Source: an uncultured delta proteobacterium
GTDB taxonomy: Bacteria > Desulfobacterota > Desulfobacteria > Desulfobacterales > QNYZ01
Assembly (NCBI GenBank): GCA_963845145.1
Contig: CAWJQU010000012.1
Location: 1 to 14,459 of the forward strand
Length of the DNA: 14,459 nt
Reading direction: 5' to 3'
Shown here: piece after piece, positions 1-9,099 of the stretch
Position numbering within the stretch: position 1 is the stretch's first letter
Layout of the letters: every line of letters begins with the position of its first letter
Position numbers and translations under genes: made by a program
Notes under the pieces: model-generated
Seen by the model: only the letters and a program-made list of their open reading frames with translations
The model's database searches: none
What the model was told of the DNA's origin: nothing

Positions 1-688
1 CTAAGAACGCCGTTGAATCACATTCTCGGATTTACGGAATTGATCCTGGACAAACATTTTGGTCAATTAAACAGCACTCAGGAGGAATATTTAAAAGATG
101 TTCACGTCAGTGGCGAACATCTTCTCTCTTTAATCAATGATATATTAGATCTATCAAAAATAGAAGCGGGGAAAACCGAATATAAGCCCACCAAAGTCAG
201 TATTAGAAACATTTTGGAAAACAGCTTGATTATTATTAAAGAGAAAGCCCAAAATAAAGAGATTAAATGTATCCAGTGATATGAATGATATCCCTGAATT
301 TATTCATTGCGATGAACGTCAGTTAAAACAAATTTTATACAACTTACTCTCAAATGCCGTTAAATTTACACCGAATGGTGGAGACATCGACCTGGCTGCC
401 AAATGTGATTATAAAGATGATAGCCTTGGCCAGGAGGACCACGACCATATTAATAAATACGTTCGGATATCGGTTAAAGATTCTGGAATCGGGTTGCGGA
501 AAGAAGATCTTGAAAGGGTTTTTAAGCCATTTGAGCAGGTTGAAAGCTCTGCGAGCCGTCGATTCGATGGAACAGGCCTTGGGTTATCATTGGTAAAACA
601 CTTTGTCCAACTGCATGGCGGCAATATTTGGGTTGAAAGTGATGGGGTTGGGGCCGGTGCGACCTTCCATTTTATGCTGCCCGTGTAG
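1..688 (+). CDS. Sensor histidine kinase, C-terminal part (HisKA + HATPase_c); begins upstream of the window; one apparent frameshift near 265-267
   Basis: Frame 1 from base 1 reads LRTPLNHILGFTEL...HLLSLINDILDLSKIEAGK (HisKA, just after the H-box His). ORF 281..688 has the N box (KQILYNLLSNAVKFT), G1 (VKDSGIG), F (FKPFEQV) and G2 (GTGLGLSL). Removing one A from AAA at 265-267 joins them (..KEINVSSDMNDIPE..). Confidence 0.93.
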
Positions 689-1272
689 TGATTTTTCCTT
701 TAAAAAACGGTTCTGGAATCAAAGTTATAAAGATGAGCCGATTTCATGGCGTCGCGAATTTCATGTGACCATGCGTACTTATCGTACGCGGCAATCACGG
801 TGGGATGAAGCGCAACTCATTAATTGGGGGTTTTACGAGGCCCTCAATCATGTGTTGTTAAGGTTTCGTAAGAGATTTGCCAGGACTTCAATACATATAA
901 TGAATCCCCGATGCCCAGCGTCGATGATCAATTGATCGATATTGAATATCCGATTGAAGCCAATTTTTAACAAAATGACGTGGAGGTATAGAGGTGATCT
1001 GTGCACTAATTTGCCGATTTTATACTATTTTTGGGTTAATGGCTAACCTGACAAACGAATTTTCATAGGATATCCAACTACCTATTGGAAAAGTCGCTCC
1101 GAGGATTATCGCAAACAATATAAGATACAGTATGTTGTTGCTTATTCAAAAATTGCAGACAACTGTATTTAATAAGACTTTTACGTTATACGCACTCTTA
1201 AAAAGAAAGTTCTTATCCATTACTCGGAAACCACCTTGTTGTTCCCTTTGTTACTCCCTGGAGATCAGAGTA

Positions 1273-4200
1273 ATGAAACAAATATATAAGATCATTTTGT
1301 TTTTAATGGGACTTTCTGCATTCATATCTTTTTCTGGTCTGGTTTACGCCCGGGACGACAATAACTTAATGCGTCACATAGCTGCTGGCAAACCTGTTGA
1401 GTTTGAACAAATCCTTGATAATATGAATGTCGCTCAAATCTTGCAGGATAGTGATGGGGTTATGTGGTTTGCAACCGATGGGGGACTCTACAAATATGAT
1501 GGATACACTTATACTGTTTATAGAAACGACCCAGAAGACTTTTTCAGCTTGAGTGGAAATCTCGTTCCTGCGATTTTTGAAGACCGTGATGAGGTGTTGT
1601 GGGTAGGTACGGATGGCGGAGTGAGCCGGTTTGATCGATCTACCGAGCGATTTGCCCATTACCGGCATGACCCAGAAAACTTAAATAGCCTAAGTGATGA
1701 CTTTGTCTTTACCATTTACCAAGATCGGGCAGGGTCCTTATGGTTTGGGACATTTAGGGGTGGCATTAATCGGTTCGATCCAAAAACGGAAACCTTTACG
1801 CGATTTCCGCATGGTTCTCTTGATCCTTCTAGTTTAAGTGGGTCTTATGTGCGGGCCATTTATGAAGATAGGTTAGGGGCAATTTGGGTGGGGAGTAACG
1901 GTGGCTTAAGCCGACTCGACCCGCTTACAGAGCAATTCACCCATTATAGACATGACCCTAATGATTTTAACAGCCTGAGCCACAATTTTGTCATGACCAT
2001 TCATGAAGATTCAGATGGCATATTTTGGATCGGCACTCGTGAAGGGTTAAATCGATTTGATCCGGAAACTGGAAAATTTTCCCGTTATTTGAACGATCCC
2101 CAACAACCTGACAGTTTAAGTAATGATGTCGTGCGGAGTTTTTATGCGGACCAGAGTGGGAAATTTTGGATCGGAACAGAAAATGGCCTCAACCTTTTTG
2201 ATCCCATTTCAGGGAAAACAAGAGTTTTCTTGCCCGATGATAATAATCCTAAGAGTTTAAGTGGAAACAAGATATTCGCTATCTTAAAAGATCCAGCAGG
2301 CGTGTTCTGGTTTGGTTTGTGGGGTGGCAGAATCAACCGACTTGACTTTGAGGCGGCAAAGTTTACCACTTATCGCCATGACCCTACCAACCCTCGGAGT
2401 TTGAGTAACAACTATGTTTCCTGTTTTTGTGAGGACGGTGCGGGACAACTGTGGGTGGGGCTGGGAGATGGTTCCATAGATCGACTTGATGATTCGGGAG
2501 AATTTACGCATTTTAACCCGAGTAACGGATTAAACAAAAGTATCATTGAGGACTCATCGGGCAATATTTGGGTGGGTATTGCCAATTCTGGTCTTCGGAA
2601 GCTCGATCTTGAAACTGGAGAGTGGACTGCATATCGCCATGACCCCCAGAACCCGAACAGTTTGGCCAGCGATGATGTGCGTGTGCTTCTTCCTGCTCCA
2701 GATGGGTTGTTCTGGGTAGGAATGTTTGGGGGGGGGATTGGATAAGTTTGACCCGAATACCGGCACGGCTGTACATTACCCCGCTGGTTTTGATCAGCCC
2801 AACGCTCTGAGTGATGTCAATATCTGGGCTATGGTGGAAGATCAAGATGGATTTTTATGGATCGGAACGGCCACCGGTGGTCTCAACCGACTTGATCAGA
2901 AAACTGGTCAGGTCACTATCTATGCCCACGATCCAGATGATCTGAACAGCTTGAGTAACGATGCCGTATACAGCCTCCATATCGATCCTACCAACACACT
3001 CTGGGTCGGGACTTCAGTTGGGCTGAATCGATTTGCCCCGGTTGAAGACTCTTTTGTCCGTTATTGGACCACGGATGGGTTACCGGATGACTCTATTCGT
3101 GGCATCCTTAGTGACAACCAGGGCAATATCTGGATTACCACAAACAACGGTCTTTCCCGGTTTAGCCCACAGACGCAGACCTTTAGGAATTACGATGTTC
3201 AAGATGGGTTACAAAGCAATAAATTCAATGGCGGTATTGATGGTGCGGCCGCTTTGAAAATGCGCGATGGTGCGCTGGCTGTGGGTGGCCCTGGTGGTTT
3301 TAATCTGTTTTATCCTGAACGTCTCAATGATAACCCTTACATCCCTCCAGTTGTGCTAACTGATTTTCAGATATTTAACCAGCCGGTTTCTATTGGCATT
3401 AAAGATTCCCCTTTGGTGAAAGCTATTAACGAAACGGAAGTATTGACCTTGGCTCATGATCAATCTGTCTTTTCTTTTGCATTTGCGGCACTGAACTACC
3501 GTTTCCCCGAAAAAAACCAATATGCTTACACCATGGAGGGGTTTGAACAAGATTGGAACTACGTCGATAGCAGTCGTCGTTTCGCTACTTATACCAACCT
3601 GGATCCAGGCAATTATACCTTTCGGGTTAAAGCCTCTAATAATGATGGCGTTTGGAATGAAGCGGGTAAGTCCATCAAAATCAATATTACCCCACCTTGG
3701 TGGCAAACGATGGGGTTTCGTGGCTTGGTTGCTCTTGCGATTATTGGTTTGATCGGCGGTGGTTTTCGCTGGCGGGTGGGCCGGGTCGAACGTCGCAATC
3801 GAGAGCTTGAAACTCTGGTTGCGGAACGAACGCAAGAATTAATGCAAAGCGAAACACGATTTCGGGGTTTGTCGGCTTCAACTTTTGAAGGCGTGATCAT
3901 CCATGACAAGGGAATTATTTTGGATGCTAATGAAGCCACTACCCAGCTCTTTGGCTATTCCCGAACCGAACTGCTGGGTAGGCATCTTGAGACGTTGGTC
4001 GCGTCCGACTCGCGCCAGTTAGTCGCGAAATATATGGAATCCGGGGCTGAAGAACCATATGAGATTATGGGCGTACGGTCCGATCAGTCGGTTTTTCCTC
4101 TTGAAGTGAGAGCTAAGACTATCCCTTACGAAGGGAAGCAGGTGCGGGTGGCCACCGGACGGGATATCAGTGAACGTAAAGAAGCTGAGGCCCATCTGCA

Positions 4201-5692
4201 TCAGGCCAAGGAGGCTGCCGAAGCGGCCAATCATGCCAAAAGCACTTTCTTAGCTAATATGAGTCACGAAGTGCGTTCGCCGCTAAATACGGTTTTGGGC
4301 TTTGCCGATTTGCTGCGGCGTGATGCCTTGACCGGACGCCATCCTCTGGATCAATTTCAACAAGAGAATATTAATGTCATTTATCAGAGCGGTGAGCATT
4401 TATTGACTTTGATTAATAATGTGCTTGATCTGTCTAAGATTGAGGCCGGAGTTGCCGTTTTAACTCTAACTGATTTTAATCTATACCAACTACTTGATGA
4501 ATTGGAGGGTATGTTTACCCTTCGAGCCAAGGATGAAGGGCTGTCATTGCAGTTTGAATGTTCGCCAGAGACTCCCCGGTTTATCCGCGCCGATGTTGTT
4601 AAGCTGCGCCAGGTATTGATCAATCTGTTGAGTAATGCGGTTAAGTTTACTGAGGAGGGAGGGGTGACAGTTCGGGTTGGTTTGAAGAGCGGTAGGGAAA
4701 AACCACAGGAGATGGCTGCTATCTCTCCATTGTTGCACAGAGTGTACTTTGCCGTGAAGGATACCGGCCCCGGTATTGCTGAAGGGGAGCGGGCGCAATT
4801 GTTTGAGCTTTTTCACCAGACTGAAACTGGTCGGGCAAGCCGGAAAGGTACGGGTCTGGGTTTGTCTATCAGCCGCCAGTATGTGCGTTTGATGGGCGGA
4901 GAGATCCAGGTTAGCAGTAAGGTTGGGCGGGGGTCGTGCTTTGAGTTTGATATTGAGGTGGAGGTTGTTGGGGGCAGCGATATAAAGAGTAAAGTGGATA
5001 GCTGGCGGGTGGTTGGATTGGCAGCAGGTCAACCACGTTATCGTGTTTTGATCGTGGATGATAATAATTCTAACAGGCGGTTGCTGCTTGAGTTACTGAA
5101 ACCTTTGGGGTTTGAATTGCAGGAAGCGACGAACGGGCAGGAGGCTGTTGAGATTTGGCGTGCGTGGCAGCCGCATTTGATCTGGATGGATATGCGCATG
5201 CCGGTGATGGACGGTTACGAAGCGACGAGGCGAATCAAGGCGACGGGACAAGGCAAAGAAACGAAAGTGCTGGCGCTAACAGCCAGCAGCTTTGATGACG
5301 AACGCGCCGTTGTGCTGGAGGCGGGTTGTGATGATTTTATGACTAGACCGTTCCGTGAAAATGAAATATTGGTGATGATGGGTAGACATTTGGGGGTTGA
5401 GTATGTGTATGCGGAGAAAGAGGAAACGGCCGTTTCTCCACTTGCACCTGATAATCTCCTTCCCCCGGAGGCATTGGCGGCATTGCCCACGGCACTGCTG
5501 ACCCGGCTGGAAGCAGCGGCGGTGCGAGCGGATATGGCCAGTTTAGATGCGTTGATTGAAGAAGTGAAGGAGGTGGATACGGCCATTGCTCAACATGTAC
5601 GTACGTTGGCCCATCAGTTTGAATATCCTCAGATTAGCAGTCTCGTACAGGCTGTTAGAAAATTAGATGATATCGACCCAAAACGGTCGTGA
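1273..5692 (+). CDS. Membrane-bound hybrid sensor histidine kinase/response regulator: signal peptide, two-component-regulator beta-propeller repeats, Y_Y_Y domain, TM helix, PAS, HisKA, HATPase_c, REC, C-terminal helical tail. About 1,472 aa once a one-base frameshift at G9 (2728-2736) is corrected
   Basis: ATG at 1273 follows GGAG (1260-1263) and opens a signal peptide (MKQIYKIILFLMGLSAFISFSGLVYA). Repeats of the type YRHDPxNxxSLSxNxVxxIxEDxxGxLWxGT. Y_Y_Y: YAYTMEG..YTNLDPGNYTFRVKASNNDGVWN. TM helix after PPWWQT. PAS/PAC ending GRDISERK. H-box FLANMSHEVRSPL. N/G boxes NLLSNAVKFT, DTGPGI, GTGLGL. REC: LIVDD..IWMDMRMP..LALTAS. With G8 instead of G9 the frame reads MFGGGLDKFDP continuously. 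Confidence 0.93.
1420..3200 (+). repeat. Tandem protein-level beta-propeller blade repeats (~45-50 aa, roughly 13-14 copies) in the extracytoplasmic sensor; boundaries approximate
   Basis: Recurring motif SLSxN/DxVxxIxxDxxGxxWxGTxxGxxRF/LDxxTxxFxxYxHDP across ORFs 1132..2745 and 2726..5692. Degenerate at DNA level. Confidence 0.85.
2728..2736 (+). repeat. G9 homopolymer at the frameshift point of the hybrid kinase
   Basis: ATGTTT-GGGGGGGGG-ATTGGATAA. G9 leads to a stop at 2743-2745; G8 restores the frame. Confidence 0.9.
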
Positions 5693-5794
5693 CATCGAGA
5701 GCATTACAAGTAAAATCAATTTTGAATGATTTTGATTGAATAATCCTCGCCCCTTTTGTGAAAATCCCAAATTCGGTTATCTTGCGGGACAATG

Positions 5795-5852
5795 CCGGGG
5801 CAATCGCAAATATCAACTATGTTTTTTCAATTTTTACTTGCGATTACCCTGG
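5795..5852. repeat. Imperfect inverted repeat (15-nt arms, 28-nt AT-rich spacer) in the intergenic region
   Basis: CCGGGGCAATCGCAA (5795-5809) pairs with TTGCGATTACCCTGG (5838-5852) at 14 of 15 positions, counting one G-U. Confidence 0.6.
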
Positions 5853-5918
5853 GCCGCTGGGGCCAAGTAGGGGCTACTCGTTTACATTGAATATTAAATC
5901 GTGGGGAAAAATATATAG

Positions 5919-5947
5919 TTGCACATATGCAGCACATGTGCTATGTT
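5919..5947 (+). promoter_or_regulatory. Putative sigma70 promoter with extended -10 and an overlapping palindromic operator candidate
   Basis: TTGCAC (5919-5924), 17-bp spacer, TATGTT (5942-5947), with TG at 5939-5940 (TGn extended -10). Perfect 12-bp palindrome AGCACATGTGCT at 5931-5942. GCACAT is repeated at 5921 and 5932 (11-bp period). Confidence 0.65.
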
Positions 5948-5988
5948 TTGCATAAAGAAAAAAAGATAAAATAAAACAAGGGGGTACC

Positions 5989-6273
5989 ATGGCGACACCT
6001 GCCATAAAAGAATCCATGTTGCGGAAACCGATCCTCATGCCACCGCGTATGATCGATAAAGTCGGCAAGATCGCCCGGAAAAGGAATGTATCGTTTGCCA
6101 AAGTCGTCAGAGATGCGGTTGACGTGTTTGACGGCGATGCTTCCAGTGAAGACGAGGCCCTTCTAGATGCCCTGGCGGAAACCATGATTAAAACGACCCA
6201 AGAGGTGGTTGAAAAAATTGATGCGGTTGAAAAGCGCCTGGATGAAACCCATGCCCTGCTGGCAGCTCAGTAA
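5989..6273 (+). CDS. Ribbon-helix-helix (CopG/Arc/MetJ-like) DNA-binding protein with an acidic helical/coiled-coil C-terminus, 94 aa
   Basis: RBS AAGGGGG before the ATG. N-terminal RKPILMPPRMIDKVGKIARKRNVSFAKVVRDAVDVF fits the RHH pattern (beta strand, helix A, xxS turn, helix B with VVRxAV). C-terminal half is acidic with heptad character (EDEALLDALAETMIKTTQEVVEKIDAVEKRLDET). Confidence 0.75.
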   Translation: MATPAIKESMLRKPILMPPRMIDKVGKIARKRNVSFAKVVRDAVDVFDGDASSEDEALLDALAETMIKTTQEVVEKIDAVEKRLDETHALLAAQ

Positions 6274-6473
6274 TGAGTGTCAGCGAAAAGGTTCTGGAAG
6301 CCCTGAGGGCGGGAATTCTTTTAAATGAAAGGGTGAGTACCCTCATCGAAAAAGTAAACCGCATGGATCAGGATATCCGTAAACTAAACGAACGGCTGAT
6401 ACGGATCGAAACCATGGTTGAGATTGCCGGGATGCAACCGGTGAAACCCGAAAAACCGAAAATTGAGTCATAA
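6273..6473 (+). CDS. Small hypothetical coiled-coil protein, 66 aa, translationally coupled to the RHH gene
   Basis: TAATG stop/start overlap at 6271-6275. Heptad pattern L..RV..L.EKV..M...I..L..RL.RIETMVEIA. No catalytic motif recognised. Confidence 0.75.
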   Translation: MSVSEKVLEALRAGILLNERVSTLIEKVNRMDQDIRKLNERLIRIETMVEIAGMQPVKPEKPKIES

Positions 6474-6545
6474 AGCCAGAGTGGCGGCGTAGAAACCCAG
6501 CCCTTTCAACATCATGAAGGTTTCCCGGTTTCCATATCCTGCTTT

Positions 6546-7253
6546 CTAAAAAATGGAATCGTTGTGGCCATTCCTATCTATTTGGTGATTTTGCCGGACC
6601 GTGGAGATGAATGTCGACACTTTTTCCATGCACTTAATGCCCGGCCGGGACTCGACGCCGGAACTCACATCAATCGCATTCGGTCTGGCTATTTGAATAG
6701 CCTTAGAGATGGTTTCCGACGATAAGCCACCGGCCAGAATCAACGGACGAACCGCAGTAAATTTGCGTACCGACGCATAATCCCAGGCCATGGCATTGCC
6801 GCCTGGAAGCGGACCCCGTGAACATTCCACCAGATATGCCGATACCTGGTAATCTTTTGCCTGAGTGGGTGACGGTTGGCCATCGATAAACATCGTTTTG
6901 ATGATCTTGATATTGTTCGCCTGGAGTCGGGTGGCCAGAGCTGGGGATTCTTGCCCATGGAGCTGGACTGCTGACAAACGGCATGCTCCGGCCGTTTTCA
7001 CGATAGTCTCGTATGGGGCATTGACGAATACCCCCACGGTTTTAACTTTGGGGCCGACGGCCAGGGAGATATCCCGGGCGGTTTCTATCGATACATGTCG
7101 CGGGCTTTTCGGAAAAAAGACACAGCCTACCGCATGGGCGCCGAGGCGGGCGCAATCAACGGCATCCGAGATACGGGTCAATCCGCAGATTTTTATCTGA
7201 ACCACATATTCTCTTATTGTCTTGCCCAATGGGGCAGGGTGTATTTGTGTCAT
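6546..7253 (-). CDS. trpF: N-(5'-phosphoribosyl)anthranilate isomerase
   Basis: Motifs QIKICGLT, FFPKSPRHV, VGVFVN, VQLHGQE, LILAGGL, IDVSSGVESRPGIK. RBS AAGGA overlaps the trpC stop. Confidence 0.96.
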   Translation of the reverse strand: MTQIHPAPLGKTIREYVVQIKICGLTRISDAVDCARLGAHAVGCVFFPKSPRHVSIETARDISLAVGPKVKTVGVFVNAPYETIVKTAGACRLSAVQLHGQESPALATRLQANNIKIIKTMFIDGQPSPTQAKDYQVSAYLVECSRGPLPGGNAMAWDYASVRKFTAVRPLILAGGLSSETISKAIQIARPNAIDVSSGVESRPGIKCMEKVSTFISTVRQNHQIDRNGHNDSIF

Positions 7254-7262
7254 CTTTTTTCC

Positions 7263-8057
7263 TTATGTTATGCCTTTAAGCGCTTTTAAGCATTTCACAG
7301 GATCGTCCGATCTTACCAGGTGCTCTCCGATCAGAAAGTTTCGAATCCCGGCGTCTATCCCGGCCAAAATGTGCATCCGGCTTTGAATCCCGCTGGCAGC
7401 CACAGGGACTTGGTTCGGCGATAACTGGTTAACCAGTTCAACTGCCCGGTGGGTATCGGTATGAAACGATGTCAGGTCACGGTTATTGATACCGATCAAG
7501 CGTGCCCCCGCGCGTTTGGCTTTTGCCAGATCTTCGGTGGTATGAATTTCCACCAAGGCGTCGAGTCCAATGGCATCGGCCAGTTGAAGGTATGCCCTTA
7601 AATGGGATTCGGACAGGACGCGGACGATCAGTAGGATGGCATCGGCGCCGAGTATGGCGGATTCATAAATCTGGTAGGAAGAGACAATGAAATCCTTTCG
7701 AAGGAGCGGCAGGTTTGTCGCGTTTTTGGCAGCATTGATATCCGAGGGGTTGCCGTTAAAAAATTGTCGATCCGTCAAAACGGAAAGGGCGGTGGCTCCG
7801 CCGGATTCGTATTTTATGGCCCATTCGGCAGCATCCAGTTTTGGGCGAATAGGGCCTGCCGAGGGCGAGGCGCGCTTGATCTCGGCAATGATGTTGATTG
7901 CGTTCCGGTCACCATCTTGCAGCCGGTCGAAAAATGGGCGCTTTGGTGGCAGGTCCATGAGCATTTCAATGAGTCGGTTCAACGGTACCTGTTGTTTGGC
8001 TGCCGCCACCTCTTTTTTCTTTTCTGCTATGATTTGGTTCAAAATACCGTTCGTCAT
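7263..8057 (-). CDS. trpC: Indole-3-glycerol-phosphate synthase
   Basis: Motifs IIAEIKRASPSAG, LSVLTD..FF.G, PLLRKDFI, GADAILLI, LVEIH, IGINNRDL, LIGE.LV. Confidence 0.97.
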   Translation of the reverse strand: MTNGILNQIIAEKKKEVAAAKQQVPLNRLIEMLMDLPPKRPFFDRLQDGDRNAINIIAEIKRASPSAGPIRPKLDAAEWAIKYESGGATALSVLTDRQFFNGNPSDINAAKNATNLPLLRKDFIVSSYQIYESAILGADAILLIVRVLSESHLRAYLQLADAIGLDALVEIHTTEDLAKAKRAGARLIGINNRDLTSFHTDTHRAVELVNQLSPNQVPVAASGIQSRMHILAGIDAGIRNFLIGEHLVRSDDPVKCLKALKGIT

Positions 8058-8066
8058 CGGTTGCCC

Positions 8067-9083
8067 CTATCCATTTTCCCTGGTGAATGTGACCAACCCT
8101 TCCAGTTTTGCCATTGCCGAACCGCTGTCAATGGACGCTTCGGCCAAAGCGATGCCCCCTTTTAAATCAGTGGCCTTATCCCCTGCTACCAGGGCCGCCG
8201 CGGCATTGATTAACACCACATTTCGACGGGCACCTTTCTCCCCGCTTAAAATGGCTCGCGTGATGTGGGCATTTTCCTGGGGATCGCCACCGGAAAGTTC
8301 CGCTGCCTGGGCATAATCACCGAAGTAGTGTTCCGGGTAAATATCGTAGGTGCGAATATCGCCGTTGTTTAGTTCGGCGACCCGGGTGGGGGCGCAAACC
8401 GAGATTTCATCCAGCCCATCGTGGCCATGAACGACAAAGGCCCGGCGGGTGCCCAGGATATTTAAAGTAGACGCAAACATTTCGGTGAGCGGGGGGGCGT
8501 AAACGCCTAGTAGCTGGCAATTGGCACCGGCCGGGTTGGTCAGGGGGCCGAGCATGTTAAAGATACTACGCAAGCCCACTTCCTGCCGCGCTTTGGCGGC
8601 ATACTTCATGGCGCTATGGTAAAGTGGGGCGAACAAAAACCCAATGCCGATCTCGGCGATGGCCTCTTCTACGATATCCGGCGACGTATCCAAACGTATG
8701 CCCAGCGCTTCAAGAAGATCGGCGCTCCCACACCGGCTCGATACCGATCGGTTCCCGTGTTTTGCCACGGTTACACCGCAGCCGGCTACTACAAATGCGG
8801 TGGTAGTGGATATGTTGAAGGTTTGCGCACTGTCACCGCCGGTCCCGCAGGTGTCCACAACGGCCGATCCGGAGGCCTGAATGCGAACCGCCCGACGTCG
8901 CATGGACCGGGCGGCACCGGCCAGCTCTTCAAAGGTCTCGCCCTTGGTGGCCAGCGCAGCCATCAAAGCACCGATCTGAGCATCGGTGAGTTTGCCGTTA
9001 AAAATAGCATCCATAAGTTCTGCCATACTGTTTTGATCCAGATCTTTTTTTTTCACAATAGTCTGCAGATGTGTCTTAAACAT
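8067..9083 (-). CDS. trpD: Anthranilate phosphoribosyltransferase
   Basis: Motifs DTCGTGGD, FNIST, VAKHGNRSVSSRCGSADLLEALG, FNMLGPLTNP, GHDGLDE. RBS AGAGGAG. Confidence 0.98.
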   Translation of the reverse strand: MFKTHLQTIVKKKDLDQNSMAELMDAIFNGKLTDAQIGALMAALATKGETFEELAGAARSMRRRAVRIQASGSAVVDTCGTGGDSAQTFNISTTTAFVVAGCGVTVAKHGNRSVSSRCGSADLLEALGIRLDTSPDIVEEAIAEIGIGFLFAPLYHSAMKYAAKARQEVGLRSIFNMLGPLTNPAGANCQLLGVYAPPLTEMFASTLNILGTRRAFVVHGHDGLDEISVCAPTRVAELNNGDIRTYDIYPEHYFGDYAQAAELSGGDPQENAHITRAILSGEKGARRNVVLINAAAALVAGDKATDLKGGIALAEASIDSGSAMAKLEGLVTFTRENG

Positions 9084-9099
9084 CTTTGGTCTCCTCTCT

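Noticed and set aside
1132..1272. Upstream ATG extending the hybrid kinase by 47 aa
   Set aside because: The ATG at 1273 has a GGAG RBS and directly starts a signal peptide; the extension looks non-coding.
980..1272. c-di-GMP or other riboswitch ahead of the hybrid kinase
   Set aside because: A GCAAAC is present near 1111, but I could not find the GNRA-capped stem or the second hairpin.
1420..3200. Periodic repeats as a possible CRISPR array or DNA tandem repeat
   Set aside because: The repeats are degenerate at DNA level and conserved only as protein propeller blades; no cas genes are present.
5712..5733. AAAATCA-N8-TGATTTT inverted repeat after the hybrid kinase stop
   Set aside because: A low-GC 7-bp stem is too weak to call as a terminator or operator.
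6474..6545. Bidirectional terminator between the small module and trpF
   Set aside because: Only weak, interrupted pairing (GAAACC/GGTTTC) and no clear U-tract.
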